From: Candidatus Campbellbacteria bacterium GW2011_OD1_34_28
GTDB lineage: Bacteria; Patescibacteriota; Minisyncoccia; Phycocordibacterales; UBA12079
Length of the DNA: 64,000 nucleotides
NCBI GenBank assembly: GCA_001029775.1
Contig: CP011215.1
Location: 357,722 to 421,721 of the forward strand
Reading direction: 5' to 3'
The position numbers were made by a program, and so were the translations under genes. The notes below the pieces were generated by a model. The model had not been told where the DNA came from. It saw only the letters and a list, made by a program, of their open reading frames with translations, and searched no databases. Shown here piece after piece: positions 18,399 through 28,616 of this stretch (within the stretch, counting starts at the first letter, position 1; every line of letters begins with the position of its first letter).

Positions 18399-19457
18399 AT
18401 GGACAATACAAATAATAATAAAATTAAAGTAGCAATAAACGGATGTGGTCGTATCGGACGAGCGTTTTTAAAATTGGCTGAAGAAAATCCGCAGATTGAG
18501 GTAGTCGCTGTAAACGATTTAGGAAGTGTTGAAAATATCGCATATCTTTTGAAATATGATAGTGCCTACGGAAAAAGTGATTTGGATATAAAGGTTGAAA
18601 ACGGTTTTCTTTCTATCAATGGTAGGGAAATAAAATATTTGAGTGAGAAAGATCCAAAAAATCTGCCTTGGGGTGCTTTGGATATAGATGTCGTAGTTGA
18701 ATCAACAGGAGTTTTCAATTCTTACGAGAAATCAAATGCTCATATTGATGCAGGTGCAAAAAGAGTTGTCATAACTGCACCAGTAAAAAATGCACCTCAC
18801 GCAGAAGGCGTTCCAGATTATGGGGCAATTGGGCAAACTGTTTTAATGGGAATAAACGAAGATGATTTGAAAAAATGTAAAATCAGCTCCAATGCTTCTT
18901 GTACAACCAATGCAGGAAGCCCTGTTTTGGAAATTTTGAGAAAAGAAATTGGAATTGAAAAAGCGATGTTGAATACAATTCACGGATATACATCTACTCA
19001 AAAAATTGTTGATTCACCAAGTGAAAAAGATTTTAGAAAAGGTCGTGCCGGAGCACAAAATATTATTCCTTCTACAACAGGGGCCGCTGTTGCGACAACA
19101 CAGGTAATCACAGATTTGAAAGGAAATTTTGACGGTATTGCTGTTCGTGTACCAGTTATCTCTGGATCTATTTTAGATATTACTTTTATTGCAAAAAGAA
19201 ATACAAGTGTTGAAGAAATAAATAATATTTTGAAAAAAGCGAGCGAGGACCCAAATTGGAAAAACTTGTTTGCTATCACCGAAGAACCAATTGTTTCGTC
19301 AGACATTGTTGGCAGTCGATATGCTTCTATTGCCGATTTGTCATTTACAAGAGTAGTGGGAGGAAATTTGGTAAAGGTGTTGGCATGGTACGATAATGAA
19401 ATGGGGTATACGAGTGCTTTGGTGAGACATGTGGTGAAAGCAGGGGAAAGTCTTTAA
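18399..19457 (+). CDS. gap: Glyceraldehyde-3-phosphate dehydrogenase, type I
   Basis: NGCGRIGR NAD motif, SNASCTTN catalytic Cys region. Confidence 0.93.
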   Translation: MDNTNNNKIKVAINGCGRIGRAFLKLAEENPQIEVVAVNDLGSVENIAYLLKYDSAYGKSDLDIKVENGFLSINGREIKYLSEKDPKNLPWGALDIDVVVESTGVFNSYEKSNAHIDAGAKRVVITAPVKNAPHAEGVPDYGAIGQTVLMGINEDDLKKCKISSNASCTTNAGSPVLEILRKEIGIEKAMLNTIHGYTSTQKIVDSPSEKDFRKGRAGAQNIIPSTTGAAVATTQVITDLKGNFDGIAVRVPVISGSILDITFIAKRNTSVEEINNILKKASEDPNWKNLFAITEEPIVSSDIVGSRYASIADLSFTRVVGGNLVKVLAWYDNEMGYTSALVRHVVKAGESL

Positions 19458-19459
19458 TA

Positions 19460-19545
19460 GTTTTTAGTTTTTAGTTTTTGCGAAGCAAAATTCGTCACAC
19501 TCGTCGTCTTTGCGAACCGAAGGTGAAGCAATCCAGAAATTAATC
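19460..19545. repeat. Family-A-related repeat (tcgtcacactcgtcgtctttgcgaaccgaaggtgaagcaatccag)
   Basis: Sequence match to the repeat core. Confidence 0.6.
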
Positions 19546-19550
19546 AAAAT

Positions 19551-21494
19551 ATGTCTTTTTCTAAAACAACAAAAATAATAATTGCTACAATCATCGTCAT
19601 TGGTGGTTTTGCTCTTTTTTATTTTTTTCAAAATAAAAGTGATGAGAAGAACATGTTCTCTTTGGGAGAATTTAATCTGCCCGAGAGTTTTTTTGTGGAT
19701 GACGAGACAGAAATAAAATTTGAATGGACGGACGACAACAAGGGTGAAGATTTGATTATTCAATCAGATAAAAAAAGTTATTTTGGGATAAACAAGTCTG
19801 AAATTTATTTTTCTGTTTCCAGTTTGAATAAAGACGCTCAAAACTTTAATTTGCGATTTTTGTTTGGAGAAGAATCAGCAAAATTGGAAAAAATAGAAAA
19901 AATAAATTCAGGAGGCATTACGAGCGAATTGTCTTTATCCGAAAATACTTTCGTTAAATTTGACAGTATGGACGGATTCAGTTCTTCCTTGTATGTTGGG
20001 GACATTATTCAACCAGAGCAGACTAATTATTACAAAGCCGTGATTGCTTACAACCCGAATACAAAAGGCGAATTTTATATAGAAGCAAAAGGCGACAAAG
20101 GTGCTTATGGTCTCCTTGACCCATGGTACAATTCCACGGGCCTCGTCGGTTATTGGTCATTTGATGGAAATGATATGGACTGGTCAGCCACAACTGCGGA
20201 AGTGATTGATCGAAGCGGGCAGGGAAATCATGGGGATGCAACTAATATGACAAGTGCAAGTGTGGATATTGGAAAGGTTGGACAGGCTTTAGTTTTTGAT
20301 GGGGTGGATGATTCTATAAGTATTGGTATTGGTACAGATTATTTTCCGATGGATACTTTTTCTATGTGTAGTTGGGTTAAATCTCCAGGGCTTGCAGATG
20401 GGATGACACTTAATGGAATTTTAAGCATAACATATGGTTTGTCAATTTCATTGGATAATAGTGGTAGGTTTTTATCAAGAATGGATGACGGAGTTACCGC
20501 TATAAGTGTATCAGCAGGGGATAATTTAGCTGATAATGAATGGCATTGGGTATGTTTAACTTTTGATGGTATAAATAGGCACATGTTTGTTGATGGTGTA
20601 AATAAGTTATCAACACCAACTACATGGCTTGGAACAACTAGGTGGCCAACAAATGCTGGTAATATTGGATATGAAAATAATAATAAAGCACTTTATAAGT
20701 TTAATGGTTCAATTGACGAAGTTCTCGTCTACAACCGCGCGCTTTCCGTGGATGAAATAAGTGCTTTGTATAAATTGGGAACTAGAAAATCGCAGGTCAA
20801 AACCACAGGGTCTAACAAAATGAAAATAAACACATCAACCGTTAATCGTCTCACTGATGGCCTTGTTGGTCACTGGACTTTTGACGGCGCGGATATGGAT
20901 TGGTCATCAACAACGGCGGAAGTGTTGGACAGAAGCGGAAATGAAAATAATGGTAACGTTTTTGGTGAGACAAAATCTGCAATCGGAAAAATAGGACAAG
21001 CCCTAGAGTTTAACGGACAGAATGATTATGTTTTGTTTAACAATCCCCAAATAACAGGATCCGAGGTTTCCACTTTTGTCTCATGGTTTAAGGTAGATGA
21101 CCCCAGCAGATTACAAATGATTTTATATTGGGGTAACTTTTCTGATTATCTAGGTATGATGCAAGTAATACACGTTTCAACCGCAAAATGCGGTGGGACA
21201 TATAACACTATTAATTATTGGGTTGATACCGAGACAGTGGTCGCGGGGGAATGGAATCATTTAGCCTGTGTTTATGACGGAACGAACGTTCTGGCTTATC
21301 TTAACGGAGTTTATTACGGGAGTAATGTATACCCGGCAGCGGTAACTTCTAGCTCCCTTTATCTATCTAGGTATGATGCTACAAAGTATTTTAATGGCTC
21401 AATCGATGAAGTCAGAATTTATAACAGAGTCCTCTCTCCAACCGAAATAACAGAACTCTACAATATGGGAGCAAAAAAAATAAAAATTAGATAA
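19551..21494 (+). CDS. Membrane-anchored protein with two concanavalin-A-like lectin (LamG_3) domains
   Basis: N-terminal TM; two copies of LVGYWSFDG..DxSG.GN.G...FDG..D...YKFNGSIDEV.VYNR.LS..EI..LY. Confidence 0.7.
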   Translation: MSFSKTTKIIIATIIVIGGFALFYFFQNKSDEKNMFSLGEFNLPESFFVDDETEIKFEWTDDNKGEDLIIQSDKKSYFGINKSEIYFSVSSLNKDAQNFNLRFLFGEESAKLEKIEKINSGGITSELSLSENTFVKFDSMDGFSSSLYVGDIIQPEQTNYYKAVIAYNPNTKGEFYIEAKGDKGAYGLLDPWYNSTGLVGYWSFDGNDMDWSATTAEVIDRSGQGNHGDATNMTSASVDIGKVGQALVFDGVDDSISIGIGTDYFPMDTFSMCSWVKSPGLADGMTLNGILSITYGLSISLDNSGRFLSRMDDGVTAISVSAGDNLADNEWHWVCLTFDGINRHMFVDGVNKLSTPTTWLGTTRWPTNAGNIGYENNNKALYKFNGSIDEVLVYNRALSVDEISALYKLGTRKSQVKTTGSNKMKINTSTVNRLTDGLVGHWTFDGADMDWSSTTAEVLDRSGNENNGNVFGETKSAIGKIGQALEFNGQNDYVLFNNPQITGSEVSTFVSWFKVDDPSRLQMILYWGNFSDYLGMMQVIHVSTAKCGGTYNTINYWVDTETVVAGEWNHLACVYDGTNVLAYLNGVYYGSNVYPAAVTSSSLYLSRYDATKYFNGSIDEVRIYNRVLSPTEITELYNMGAKKIKIR

Positions 21495-21508
21495 AGATTA
21501 TACACAAA

Positions 21509-21527
21509 GACTGGGTCCGACCCAGTC
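21509..21527. repeat. Perfect hairpin gactgggtc-c-gacccagtc, copy 1 (upstream of RAYT gene)
   Basis: Identical copies at 21728-21746 and 22230-22248. Confidence 0.8.
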
Positions 21528-21549
21528 TCACTGTGTTAAAATAAAAAAC

Positions 21550-22251
21550 ATGAGAAGAAAAGTACTATTTGTAAACGGAGAATTTTATCATATCTTTAAT
21601 AGGGGAACAGATAAAAGAAACATATTTTCGGATAAAAATGATGCATTTAGATTTCTTGAAAGTATCGAAGTTTTTAATAATATTGAAGCCGGCAATAATA
21701 TCTTTCGCACTCATAGATTGAAAAATGGACTGGGTCCGACCCAGTCTAATCCAGAGAAGATAGAGAAAAAAGAACCAATAGTGAATATTATTTGTTATTG
21801 TTTAAATTCAAATCATTATCATTTTATATTGGAACAATTAGTTGATGGTGGAATAAGTGAATTTATGAAGAGGCTAGGAGGTGGCTATACTTGTTATTAT
21901 AATGAAAGACATAAAAGATCGGGGGTATTATTTCAGGGTAAGTTCAAAGCTGCTCATATAAAATCAAATGAACAATTATTGCGCCTTAGTTCTTATGTGA
22001 ATTTGAACAATAAAGTCCATCAAAAATTTGATAAATATAAAAAAAATTTCCTTGATTTGATTGCAAATAGATCAAGTTGGGAAGAATATATTAAAAAAGA
22101 TAATAAATACAGTATTTGCAAAAAAGATATCATTTTAGGACAATTTAAAAACAGAGAAGATTATAGAAAAAATGCCGAAGATGTGATAAAAGAAATTAAA
22201 GAAATGAGGTATGGGGAAGAAGTAAACTCGACTGGGTCCGACCCAGTCTAA
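21550..22251 (+). CDS. IS200/IS605-family HUH transposase, REP-associated tyrosine transposase (RAYT)-like
   Basis: EFYHIFNRG..IF, HUH motif NHYHFIL, GYTCYYNERHKRSGVLFQGKFKA..LSSYVNLNN; flanked by identical hairpins. Confidence 0.7.
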   Translation: MRRKVLFVNGEFYHIFNRGTDKRNIFSDKNDAFRFLESIEVFNNIEAGNNIFRTHRLKNGLGPTQSNPEKIEKKEPIVNIICYCLNSNHYHFILEQLVDGGISEFMKRLGGGYTCYYNERHKRSGVLFQGKFKAAHIKSNEQLLRLSSYVNLNNKVHQKFDKYKKNFLDLIANRSSWEEYIKKDNKYSICKKDIILGQFKNREDYRKNAEDVIKEIKEMRYGEEVNSTGSDPV

Positions 22252-22307
22252 ACGACCCAGTCTAAAAAGAATTTTGTTTGAAATTAATATAGTATAATAA
22301 AGATATT

Positions 22308-22760
22308 ATGAAAATATATATTGCATCAGATCATGCAGGTTACGAATTGAAACAAAAATTGATTGAGTATCTTCTAGATGAAGATTTTGATGTTTCTGAT
22401 GAAGGGGCATTTGAATTTGATGTGCAAGATGATTATCCAGATTTCATTTCAAAGGTAGCCGAAAAGGTTTCAAAAGATCCTAAAAATTCAAAAGGAATTA
22501 TTTTGGGTGGTTCGGGACAAGGAGAGGCAATTGTTGCCAATCGTTTCAAAAATATAAGAGCGGTTGTCTATTATGGCGGTGATATGGATATTGTTAGATT
22601 GTCTCGAGAACACAATGATGCAAATGTTTTGTCTTTGGGTGCGCGGTTTATTTCTTTTGATACAGCAAAGAATACAGTCAATTTATGGCTCAACACAGCC
22701 TTTTCTGAAGATGAAAGGCATTTAAGAAGAATTAAAAAGATAGATTCTTTAGATTTTTAA
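22308..22760 (+). CDS. rpiB: Ribose-5-phosphate isomerase B
   Basis: MKIYIASDHAGYELK...ILGGSGQGEAI. Confidence 0.85.
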   Translation: MKIYIASDHAGYELKQKLIEYLLDEDFDVSDEGAFEFDVQDDYPDFISKVAEKVSKDPKNSKGIILGGSGQGEAIVANRFKNIRAVVYYGGDMDIVRLSREHNDANVLSLGARFISFDTAKNTVNLWLNTAFSEDERHLRRIKKIDSLDF

Positions 22761-22763
22761 AAC

Positions 22764-23417
22764 ATGAAGATAACGCCCGCAATCATCCCAAAAAGTTATG
22801 AAGATTTAAGACAAAAGATTTCTTTAGTTAAAGATTTTTCTCATTTTGTTCAGATTGATATAACCGATGGTATTTTTGTCCCATCAACCAGTTGGCCATA
22901 TTCCGACTCTGTTTGGTCAGAGGGGATTTTTTTGGATATGCCATTTTGTAATGAATGCAATTTTGAATTTGACTTGATGATTCAAAATCCAGAGAAAACA
23001 ATTAACGACTGGGTTATGGAAGGAGCGAGTAAAATTGTTGTTCATGTTGAATCAACAGACAATTTGGAGTTGTTGATTGCAGAACTAAAAGAAAAAAATA
23101 TAGAGGTTGGTTTGGCTTTTAATATTGAAACACCTTTGGATCTGTATTCACATCTATTAGACAAGGCCGATTTTATTCAGTTGATGGGGATAGAAAAAAT
23201 TGGTTTTCAGGGACAGGCTTTTTCCGAAAAAATTTTTGAAAAAATAGCTGACTTAAGAAAAAGAAAGCCTGATGTTATAATGAGTGTTGATGGTGGGGTG
23301 AACTTGGAAAATGCAAAGAGACTGAAAGAAGCGGGTGTTAGTAGGGTGGTGGCTGGGTCTACGATTTTTGAAAGTGATAATATAGAGAAAGTTATTGAAC
23401 AGTTTAAGGAAATATAA
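22764..23417 (+). CDS. rpe: Ribulose-phosphate 3-epimerase
   Basis: VQIDITDGIFVP, MSVDGG, VAGSTIF motifs. Confidence 0.72.
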   Translation: MKITPAIIPKSYEDLRQKISLVKDFSHFVQIDITDGIFVPSTSWPYSDSVWSEGIFLDMPFCNECNFEFDLMIQNPEKTINDWVMEGASKIVVHVESTDNLELLIAELKEKNIEVGLAFNIETPLDLYSHLLDKADFIQLMGIEKIGFQGQAFSEKIFEKIADLRKRKPDVIMSVDGGVNLENAKRLKEAGVSRVVAGSTIFESDNIEKVIEQFKEI

Positions 23418-23421
23418 ATTT

Positions 23422-24261
23422 ATGATGGATGAAAATACAATAAAAGAATTAGAAAAGAAAGCAATTGATATCAGGGTTTCTGTTTTGGAATCTTTGGTTT
23501 CAGCGGGATCGGGACACACAGCAGGACCGCTTGGAATGGCAGATATTTTTACCGCTCTCTACTTTCATATTATGAAACACAATCCAAAAAAACCAGATTG
23601 GAAAGATAGAGATTATTTAATTTTATCAAATGGACATATTTGTCCGGTGCTCTATGCAACAATGGCACATGCGGGATATTTCCCAAAATCAGAACTTAAA
23701 AATTTGAGAAAATTGGGATCGCCTTTGCAAGGACACCCACACAGAGAATGGATGAAAGGTTTGGAAACAAGCTCGGGACCTTTAGGGTCTGGTTTGTCAC
23801 AGGCGGTGGGGATGGCGATTGCTGATAGAATGGATAATGGAATAACATCAGATAAAACTTTTTATTGTTTAATGAGCGACGGAGAAATTCAAGAAGGACA
23901 AACTTGGGAAGCAATAATGTTGGCAGGAAAAGAAAAATTGCAAAATATTATTGCAATTATTGATAGAAACAATATTCAAATAGAAGGAAATGTGGAAGAT
24001 ATAATGCCGTTGGAACCGTTGGATGAAAAGTTTGAAGCATTCAATTGGCATACAATTGAAATTGATGGGCACAATTTTGAACAAATAAATAATGCTGTAA
24101 ACGAAGCAAAAGCGATTACAGAAAAACCAGTTGTGATAATTGCCTATACAATTCCTGGAAAAGGGATAAAAGAATGGGAGAAAAAATATGAATGGCACGG
24201 AAAACCTCCGACGAAAGAAGAAGCCGAAAGAGCTATAAAAGAATTGAAAGCAGAGATGTAA
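23422..24261 (+). CDS. Transketolase, N-terminal (TPP-binding) subunit
   Basis: GSGHTAGPLGMADIF...SNGH; start chosen at MMDEN (ORF-track start 23395 overlaps rpe). Confidence 0.85.
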   Translation: MMDENTIKELEKKAIDIRVSVLESLVSAGSGHTAGPLGMADIFTALYFHIMKHNPKKPDWKDRDYLILSNGHICPVLYATMAHAGYFPKSELKNLRKLGSPLQGHPHREWMKGLETSSGPLGSGLSQAVGMAIADRMDNGITSDKTFYCLMSDGEIQEGQTWEAIMLAGKEKLQNIIAIIDRNNIQIEGNVEDIMPLEPLDEKFEAFNWHTIEIDGHNFEQINNAVNEAKAITEKPVVIIAYTIPGKGIKEWEKKYEWHGKPPTKEEAERAIKELKAEM

Positions 24262-24264
24262 TTT

Positions 24265-24435
24265 TAGCAACTAGCAACTAGTTTTTAGCAAACGAATGAC
24301 GACGTGGATTGCTTCGTTACACTCGCAAAGACGGATTTTGCGAAGCAAAATCCGTCACAAATTTTCTTTGGAAATTCGTCTTTGCGAACGAAGTGAAGCA
24401 ATCCACGATAGTTTCTAAAAACTAAAAACTAATAT
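24265..24435. repeat. Inverted pair of family-A repeats flanking the hairpin gacggattttgcgaagcaaaatccgtc
   Basis: gacgtggattgcttcg...cgaagtgaagcaatccacg. Confidence 0.75.
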
Positions 24436-24439
24436 TATT

Positions 24440-25420
24440 ATGTTAGAAAAAACTTTAAATAAAAAAATATTTGATAGGGAGGTTGAAAAAAAATCTACTC
24501 GTCAGGGTTATGGCGAGGGTTTGTTAGAGGCGGGGGAGAAAAACAAAAATATTGTTGCTCTTTGTGCAGACCTTACTCATTCTACATTTACAAATTTGTT
24601 TGCGGATAAATTTCCGGAAAGATTTGTTCAGATGGGTGTTGCTGAACAAAATATGGCGAGCGTGGCGTCTGGTATGGCGAGAATGGGCAAGATTCCTTTT
24701 ATTTCTTCTTATGCGATGTTTTCTCCAGGGAGAAATTGGGAACAAATTAGAACAACAATTTGTTATAATAATACAAATGTAAAAATCGTTGGTGCTCATG
24801 CAGGGATATCTGTTGGCCCAGATGGAGGAACTCATCAAGCGATAGAAGATATTGCTTTGACCCGTGTAATTCCAAGAATGACAGTGATTTATCCCTGCGA
24901 TTATCTTGAAGCAAAAAAAGCTGTTTTGGAGATGGCAAAAACCGACGGCCCTGCTTATATTAGACTGGCAAGAAATAATACACCTATTATTACGACAGAA
25001 AAAACTCCTTTTAAAATCGGAAAAGCACAAACATTTTTTGAATCAAAACAAAAAGCGCAAGTAGGAATTGTTGCCTCAGGGCATTTAGTTTACGAAGCTT
25101 TGATATCGGCAAAAGAATTGGAAAATCAAGGAATCGGGGTTAAGGTAATAAATCTTTCAACAATCAAACCATTGGATGAAAAAGCAATTATTGATTTAGC
25201 AAAAAGTGTTAAAGGAATTGTTACAGTAGAGGAACACCAAAAGGCAGGTGGTATGGGTTCGGCGATTGCTGAATTGTTGTCACAAAAATATCCTACAAAA
25301 ATTGAATTTGTTGCTATCAATGACGAGTTTGGACAATCGGGTGAACCTGATGAATTGATTAAATTCTATAAATTGGATTCAAATTCTATTATCAAAGCAG
25401 TTAAAAAATTATTAGTATAA
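24440..25420 (+). CDS. Transketolase, C-terminal (pyrimidine-binding) subunit
   Basis: FVQMGVAEQNMASVASGMA...; 326 aa. Confidence 0.88.
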   Translation: MLEKTLNKKIFDREVEKKSTRQGYGEGLLEAGEKNKNIVALCADLTHSTFTNLFADKFPERFVQMGVAEQNMASVASGMARMGKIPFISSYAMFSPGRNWEQIRTTICYNNTNVKIVGAHAGISVGPDGGTHQAIEDIALTRVIPRMTVIYPCDYLEAKKAVLEMAKTDGPAYIRLARNNTPIITTEKTPFKIGKAQTFFESKQKAQVGIVASGHLVYEALISAKELENQGIGVKVINLSTIKPLDEKAIIDLAKSVKGIVTVEEHQKAGGMGSAIAELLSQKYPTKIEFVAINDEFGQSGEPDELIKFYKLDSNSIIKAVKKLLV

Positions 25421-25424
25421 TTGA

Positions 25425-25525
25425 GCACATAGCGTATAGCGTGTAGCGTGTAGGGAACGAATTTTGCCTTTGGCAAAATTCGTTCAAAACCTATACCCCA
25501 TACCCTAAACGCTATACGCTAAAAA
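25425..25525. repeat. Family-D palindrome: TAG-rich heptamer arms (agcgtatagcgtgtaggg / ccctaaacgctatacgct) around a GC hairpin
   Basis: Arms are mutual inverted complements. Central hairpin is gaacgaattttgcc-tttg-gcaaaattcgttc. Related copies at 26700-26745, 41640-41730, 50700-50785. Confidence 0.7.
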
Positions 25526-25529
25526 GATT

Positions 25530-26699
25530 ATGAAAAAAACTTTATTTTTTGTGGGTGTTCTCGTAATTATTGTGGGTTTTTTGTGGCAAGTTGGTTTGAG
25601 AATGAAAGATGAAAAGGTCGTAGAAGAAGTTTCTCTTGGAAAAGATCCCCAAAACAGCACTTATATTTTAGATAATGAAAAAATAACTTTGGTTAATGGT
25701 TCTTTTGAATCTGACTCGGATTCAAAAATGATTGTAAAAAATTTTGGTGAACCTGTTTATGGTGATTTAAATGATGACGGAAAAGACGACGCTGTTTTGA
25801 TGCTTACTCAAGATTCAGGAGGAAGTGGTACTTTCTATTATGTAGGAGTTGCTTTGAATAGTGAAGATAAGGGTTTCGCTGGGACAAACTTGATCTTGTT
25901 GGGAGATAGAATCAGTCCGCAAAATATTGAAATAAAAAACGGAATTGCGATTGCAAATTATGCAGAAAGAAAAGAGGGTGATCCTTTTACTACCAGTCCA
26001 TCTGTTGGTGTCTCTAAATATATGTTTGTCGAAGAATCTTCCTTAGAAGAAGTTATTGGTTTGCAAAAAGGAGAGACGGTTTTGTGGGGAGGTTTGGTTT
26101 GGGGTGGCGAAGTTCGCACATTTATTCCATGTGGCGATGGCAATCCAGAATATTGGATAACTGGAAGTTCTACTGCTTTGCAAGAAATTAAAAGTAGATA
26201 CGAAACAGAAACAAAAGACGTCTTGCCTAAAAATTACGCACCTCTTTTTTCTGTAATTGTTGGAAAGATTGTAGATGCTCCAGAAGATGGTTTCGGCGCA
26301 GATTATCAGCAGGGGATTGAAATAAGTCAGGTTATAAAAACATCTAGGTCAGGAAATTGTAAAAGTGATTTGATTGTTTTGGATACCCCGCTTGTTGGTT
26401 CTGAAATATCTTCTCCTTTGAAGATAGAAGGAAGGGCCAGAGGAACCTGGTTTTTTGAAGCAAGTTTTCCTATAACTTTGACTGATTGGGATGGGAGAAT
26501 AATTGCACAAGGTATTGCGACTGCAACAGATGATTGGATGACAGAAAAATTTGTTCCTTTTACGGCCAATTTGGAATTTGAAAATCCACAAAATATAGGA
26601 GATTTTAGTCGAAGAGGAGCATTGATTTTGCAAAAAGATAATCCGTCTGGATTGCCAGAACATGATGATGCTTTGGAAGTAACCGTATATTTTAAATAG
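25530..26699 (+). CDS. Membrane-anchored hypothetical protein with C-terminal Gmad2/GerMN-like Ig domain
   Basis: N-terminal TM; C-terminal region resembles GerMN/Gmad2 fold (low-confidence family call). Confidence 0.45.
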   Translation: MKKTLFFVGVLVIIVGFLWQVGLRMKDEKVVEEVSLGKDPQNSTYILDNEKITLVNGSFESDSDSKMIVKNFGEPVYGDLNDDGKDDAVLMLTQDSGGSGTFYYVGVALNSEDKGFAGTNLILLGDRISPQNIEIKNGIAIANYAERKEGDPFTTSPSVGVSKYMFVEESSLEEVIGLQKGETVLWGGLVWGGEVRTFIPCGDGNPEYWITGSSTALQEIKSRYETETKDVLPKNYAPLFSVIVGKIVDAPEDGFGADYQQGIEISQVIKTSRSGNCKSDLIVLDTPLVGSEISSPLKIEGRARGTWFFEASFPITLTDWDGRIIAQGIATATDDWMTEKFVPFTANLEFENPQNIGDFSRRGALILQKDNPSGLPEHDDALEVTVYFK

Positions 26700-26790
26700 T
26701 TTAAGGTTAGGGTTTAGCGTATAGGAGACAAATTTTGCCAAAGGCAAAATTTGTCTTTGCGAGTGAAACGAAGCAATCCATAATCAAAAA
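26700..26790. repeat. Family-D arm, hairpin and family-A repeat
   Basis: ggttagggtttagcgtatagg...caaattttgccaaaggcaaaatttg...ttgcgagtgaaacgaagcaatcca. Confidence 0.65.
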
Positions 26791-26822
26791 ATTGAGAGGT
26801 TCGACCTCTCAATTTTTTTTGT

Positions 26823-27845
26823 TTAATTTATTTTTACAGGTCTGTAATTTTCCGGAGCCTCTTTTAAATATTTTTCAAGTTTCTCTCTGGTTAACAATCC
26901 TTCTTGTGCCCCTAAATATTGAACAACCGACATTGAATTGATGGGTCCCCACATCAATGCTTCGTCTATTGATTTTCCTAGAACTAAAGCAGATGTAAAG
27001 GTAGAAGAAAAAGAGTCGCCGGCACCTGTTCTGTCCACAGGTGATTTCTCGTCGGGATACATCGGCATATGCCACATTTCGTTTCCGTCATATGAATATG
27101 CTCCGTTTGGACCGTCTGTAATAACAACTATTTTTGGACCCAACTCTCGCATCATTTTCATTAATTCTTTAACATCAGCATTGTCTACATTTTTTCCCAA
27201 TGGTTTTAATATTCTTTGGGCTTCTTCTATATTGCAGAAAAATAATTCAGAAACTTCATAAACATTTTTTAATTTTTCATATCCCAAATTAATTTGAAAT
27301 GTTCCTGGTTGAAACGCCATTTTTATTTCTGGATTTTCTTTTACATATTTTGCGATCTCTAGTTGGTAGTTAAGAGAATTTTCCGCCAGAGAACTTAGAT
27401 AAATCCATTTTGGTTTTCCGATGTCTGGCAGTTTGTAATCAAATTCTGCGTGTTTAACCAAAATAGTTCTATCAGAATTGAAAGATAAAACAAAGTGATA
27501 ATTTGTTGGATGCTCTTTATGAGTTCTTATAAAATCGGCTATAACACCATCTTTTTTTAAAGAATTTAGGCATTTTATTCCATTTTCGTCATCTCCAATT
27601 TCTGCAATCAGTGCAGATTTTAATCCCAGTCGTGAAGCTGAAACAGAAGCGTTAGGACTGTTTCCAACTGCCGAAATTTCTGTTGATTTTCTGTAAGGAA
27701 TTTTATCGGCAAAATTCATACAAATTTTCTCTTTTCCGTCTTCTTTGTATGTCTCTGCTTCTATCAATTCAATAAAATTATCAACAACAATATCGCCGAT
27801 GGCAATAAAATCTAGGTCTTTATTTTTTTTATTTAATCCAAACAT
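26823..27845 (-). CDS. PfkB-family carbohydrate kinase (ribokinase-like)
   Basis: Two Gly motifs and DRTGAGDSFSS anion-hole motif. Confidence 0.85.
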   Translation of the reverse strand: MFGLNKKNKDLDFIAIGDIVVDNFIELIEAETYKEDGKEKICMNFADKIPYRKSTEISAVGNSPNASVSASRLGLKSALIAEIGDDENGIKCLNSLKKDGVIADFIRTHKEHPTNYHFVLSFNSDRTILVKHAEFDYKLPDIGKPKWIYLSSLAENSLNYQLEIAKYVKENPEIKMAFQPGTFQINLGYEKLKNVYEVSELFFCNIEEAQRILKPLGKNVDNADVKELMKMMRELGPKIVVITDGPNGAYSYDGNEMWHMPMYPDEKSPVDRTGAGDSFSSTFTSALVLGKSIDEALMWGPINSMSVVQYLGAQEGLLTREKLEKYLKEAPENYRPVKIN

Positions 27846-27926
27846 GTAATTAGTATATAGTATATAGTTTTTAGTTTCTAGTGTTGGGGTTGGGGACTAT
27901 GGGTAAACCTCAATTGTTTGTGTTTA

Positions 27927-27972
27927 TAAAAATTACGAAATTTACGCGACCGCGTAAATTTCGTAATTTTTA
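27927..27972. repeat. 46-bp perfect palindrome AAAATTACGAAATTTACGCGACCGCGTAAATTTCGTAATTTT (family P)
   Basis: Identical copy at 28617-28663; in divergent promoter region between the PfkB gene and ORF 28000. Confidence 0.85.
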
Positions 27973-27999
27973 TTTTTAAAGTTATAATATGACATATAT

Positions 28000-28551
28000 A
28001 TGAAACATATAAATGTTCAAAAAGTTATTTTAAATACTGTCGCTGTAGCAGGGTTGATTGGTGTTGCCGTTTTGGCTCCAAATGCTTTACAGGTTGTAAA
28101 GCAATTTACTCCAAAAAAGAAAAAATGGACAAGAGAAACATATTATATGAATGATTCGATTGAAAATTTGTTAGAGAAGGGATTGATAGAAAAGGTTAGA
28201 AAGGGCAATACTGAATTTATTAAACTTACGAAAAAGGGTGGTGAGCTGAGCGCAAGATATGAATTGGGTGATTTGGAAATAGAAAAACCTAAGAAATGGG
28301 ATAAAAAATGGAGGGTAATAATTTTTGATATTTCAGAAAACAAAAAAAGCCTGAGAGATTTGTTAAGATTAAATTTAAACAGGTTAGGTTTTGTTAAATT
28401 GCAAAATAGTGTTTGGGTTTTTCCTTATGAATGTGAAGAATTAATTTTCTTATTAAAGACAAAGTTTTTTATAGACAGCGATGTTTTGTATATGGAGGTT
28501 AATAGAATCGAAAACGAAAAATGGTTAAAAGAAGTTTTTGGCTTGAATTAA
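28000..28551 (+). CDS. Hypothetical membrane-anchored winged-helix protein with PaaX-C-like domain
   Basis: N-terminal hydrophobic helix, wHTH-like segment, C-terminal WRVIIFDISE...GFVKLQNSVWVFP resembling PaaX C-domain. Confidence 0.4.
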   Translation: MKHINVQKVILNTVAVAGLIGVAVLAPNALQVVKQFTPKKKKWTRETYYMNDSIENLLEKGLIEKVRKGNTEFIKLTKKGGELSARYELGDLEIEKPKKWDKKWRVIIFDISENKKSLRDLLRLNLNRLGFVKLQNSVWVFPYECEELIFLLKTKFFIDSDVLYMEVNRIENEKWLKEVFGLN

Positions 28552-28616
28552 CCCCGCCTAATATAAGAACAGATTATTGTTTTTGTGTTTGAGAGATTAA
28601 TAACTGAAATTCAAAA

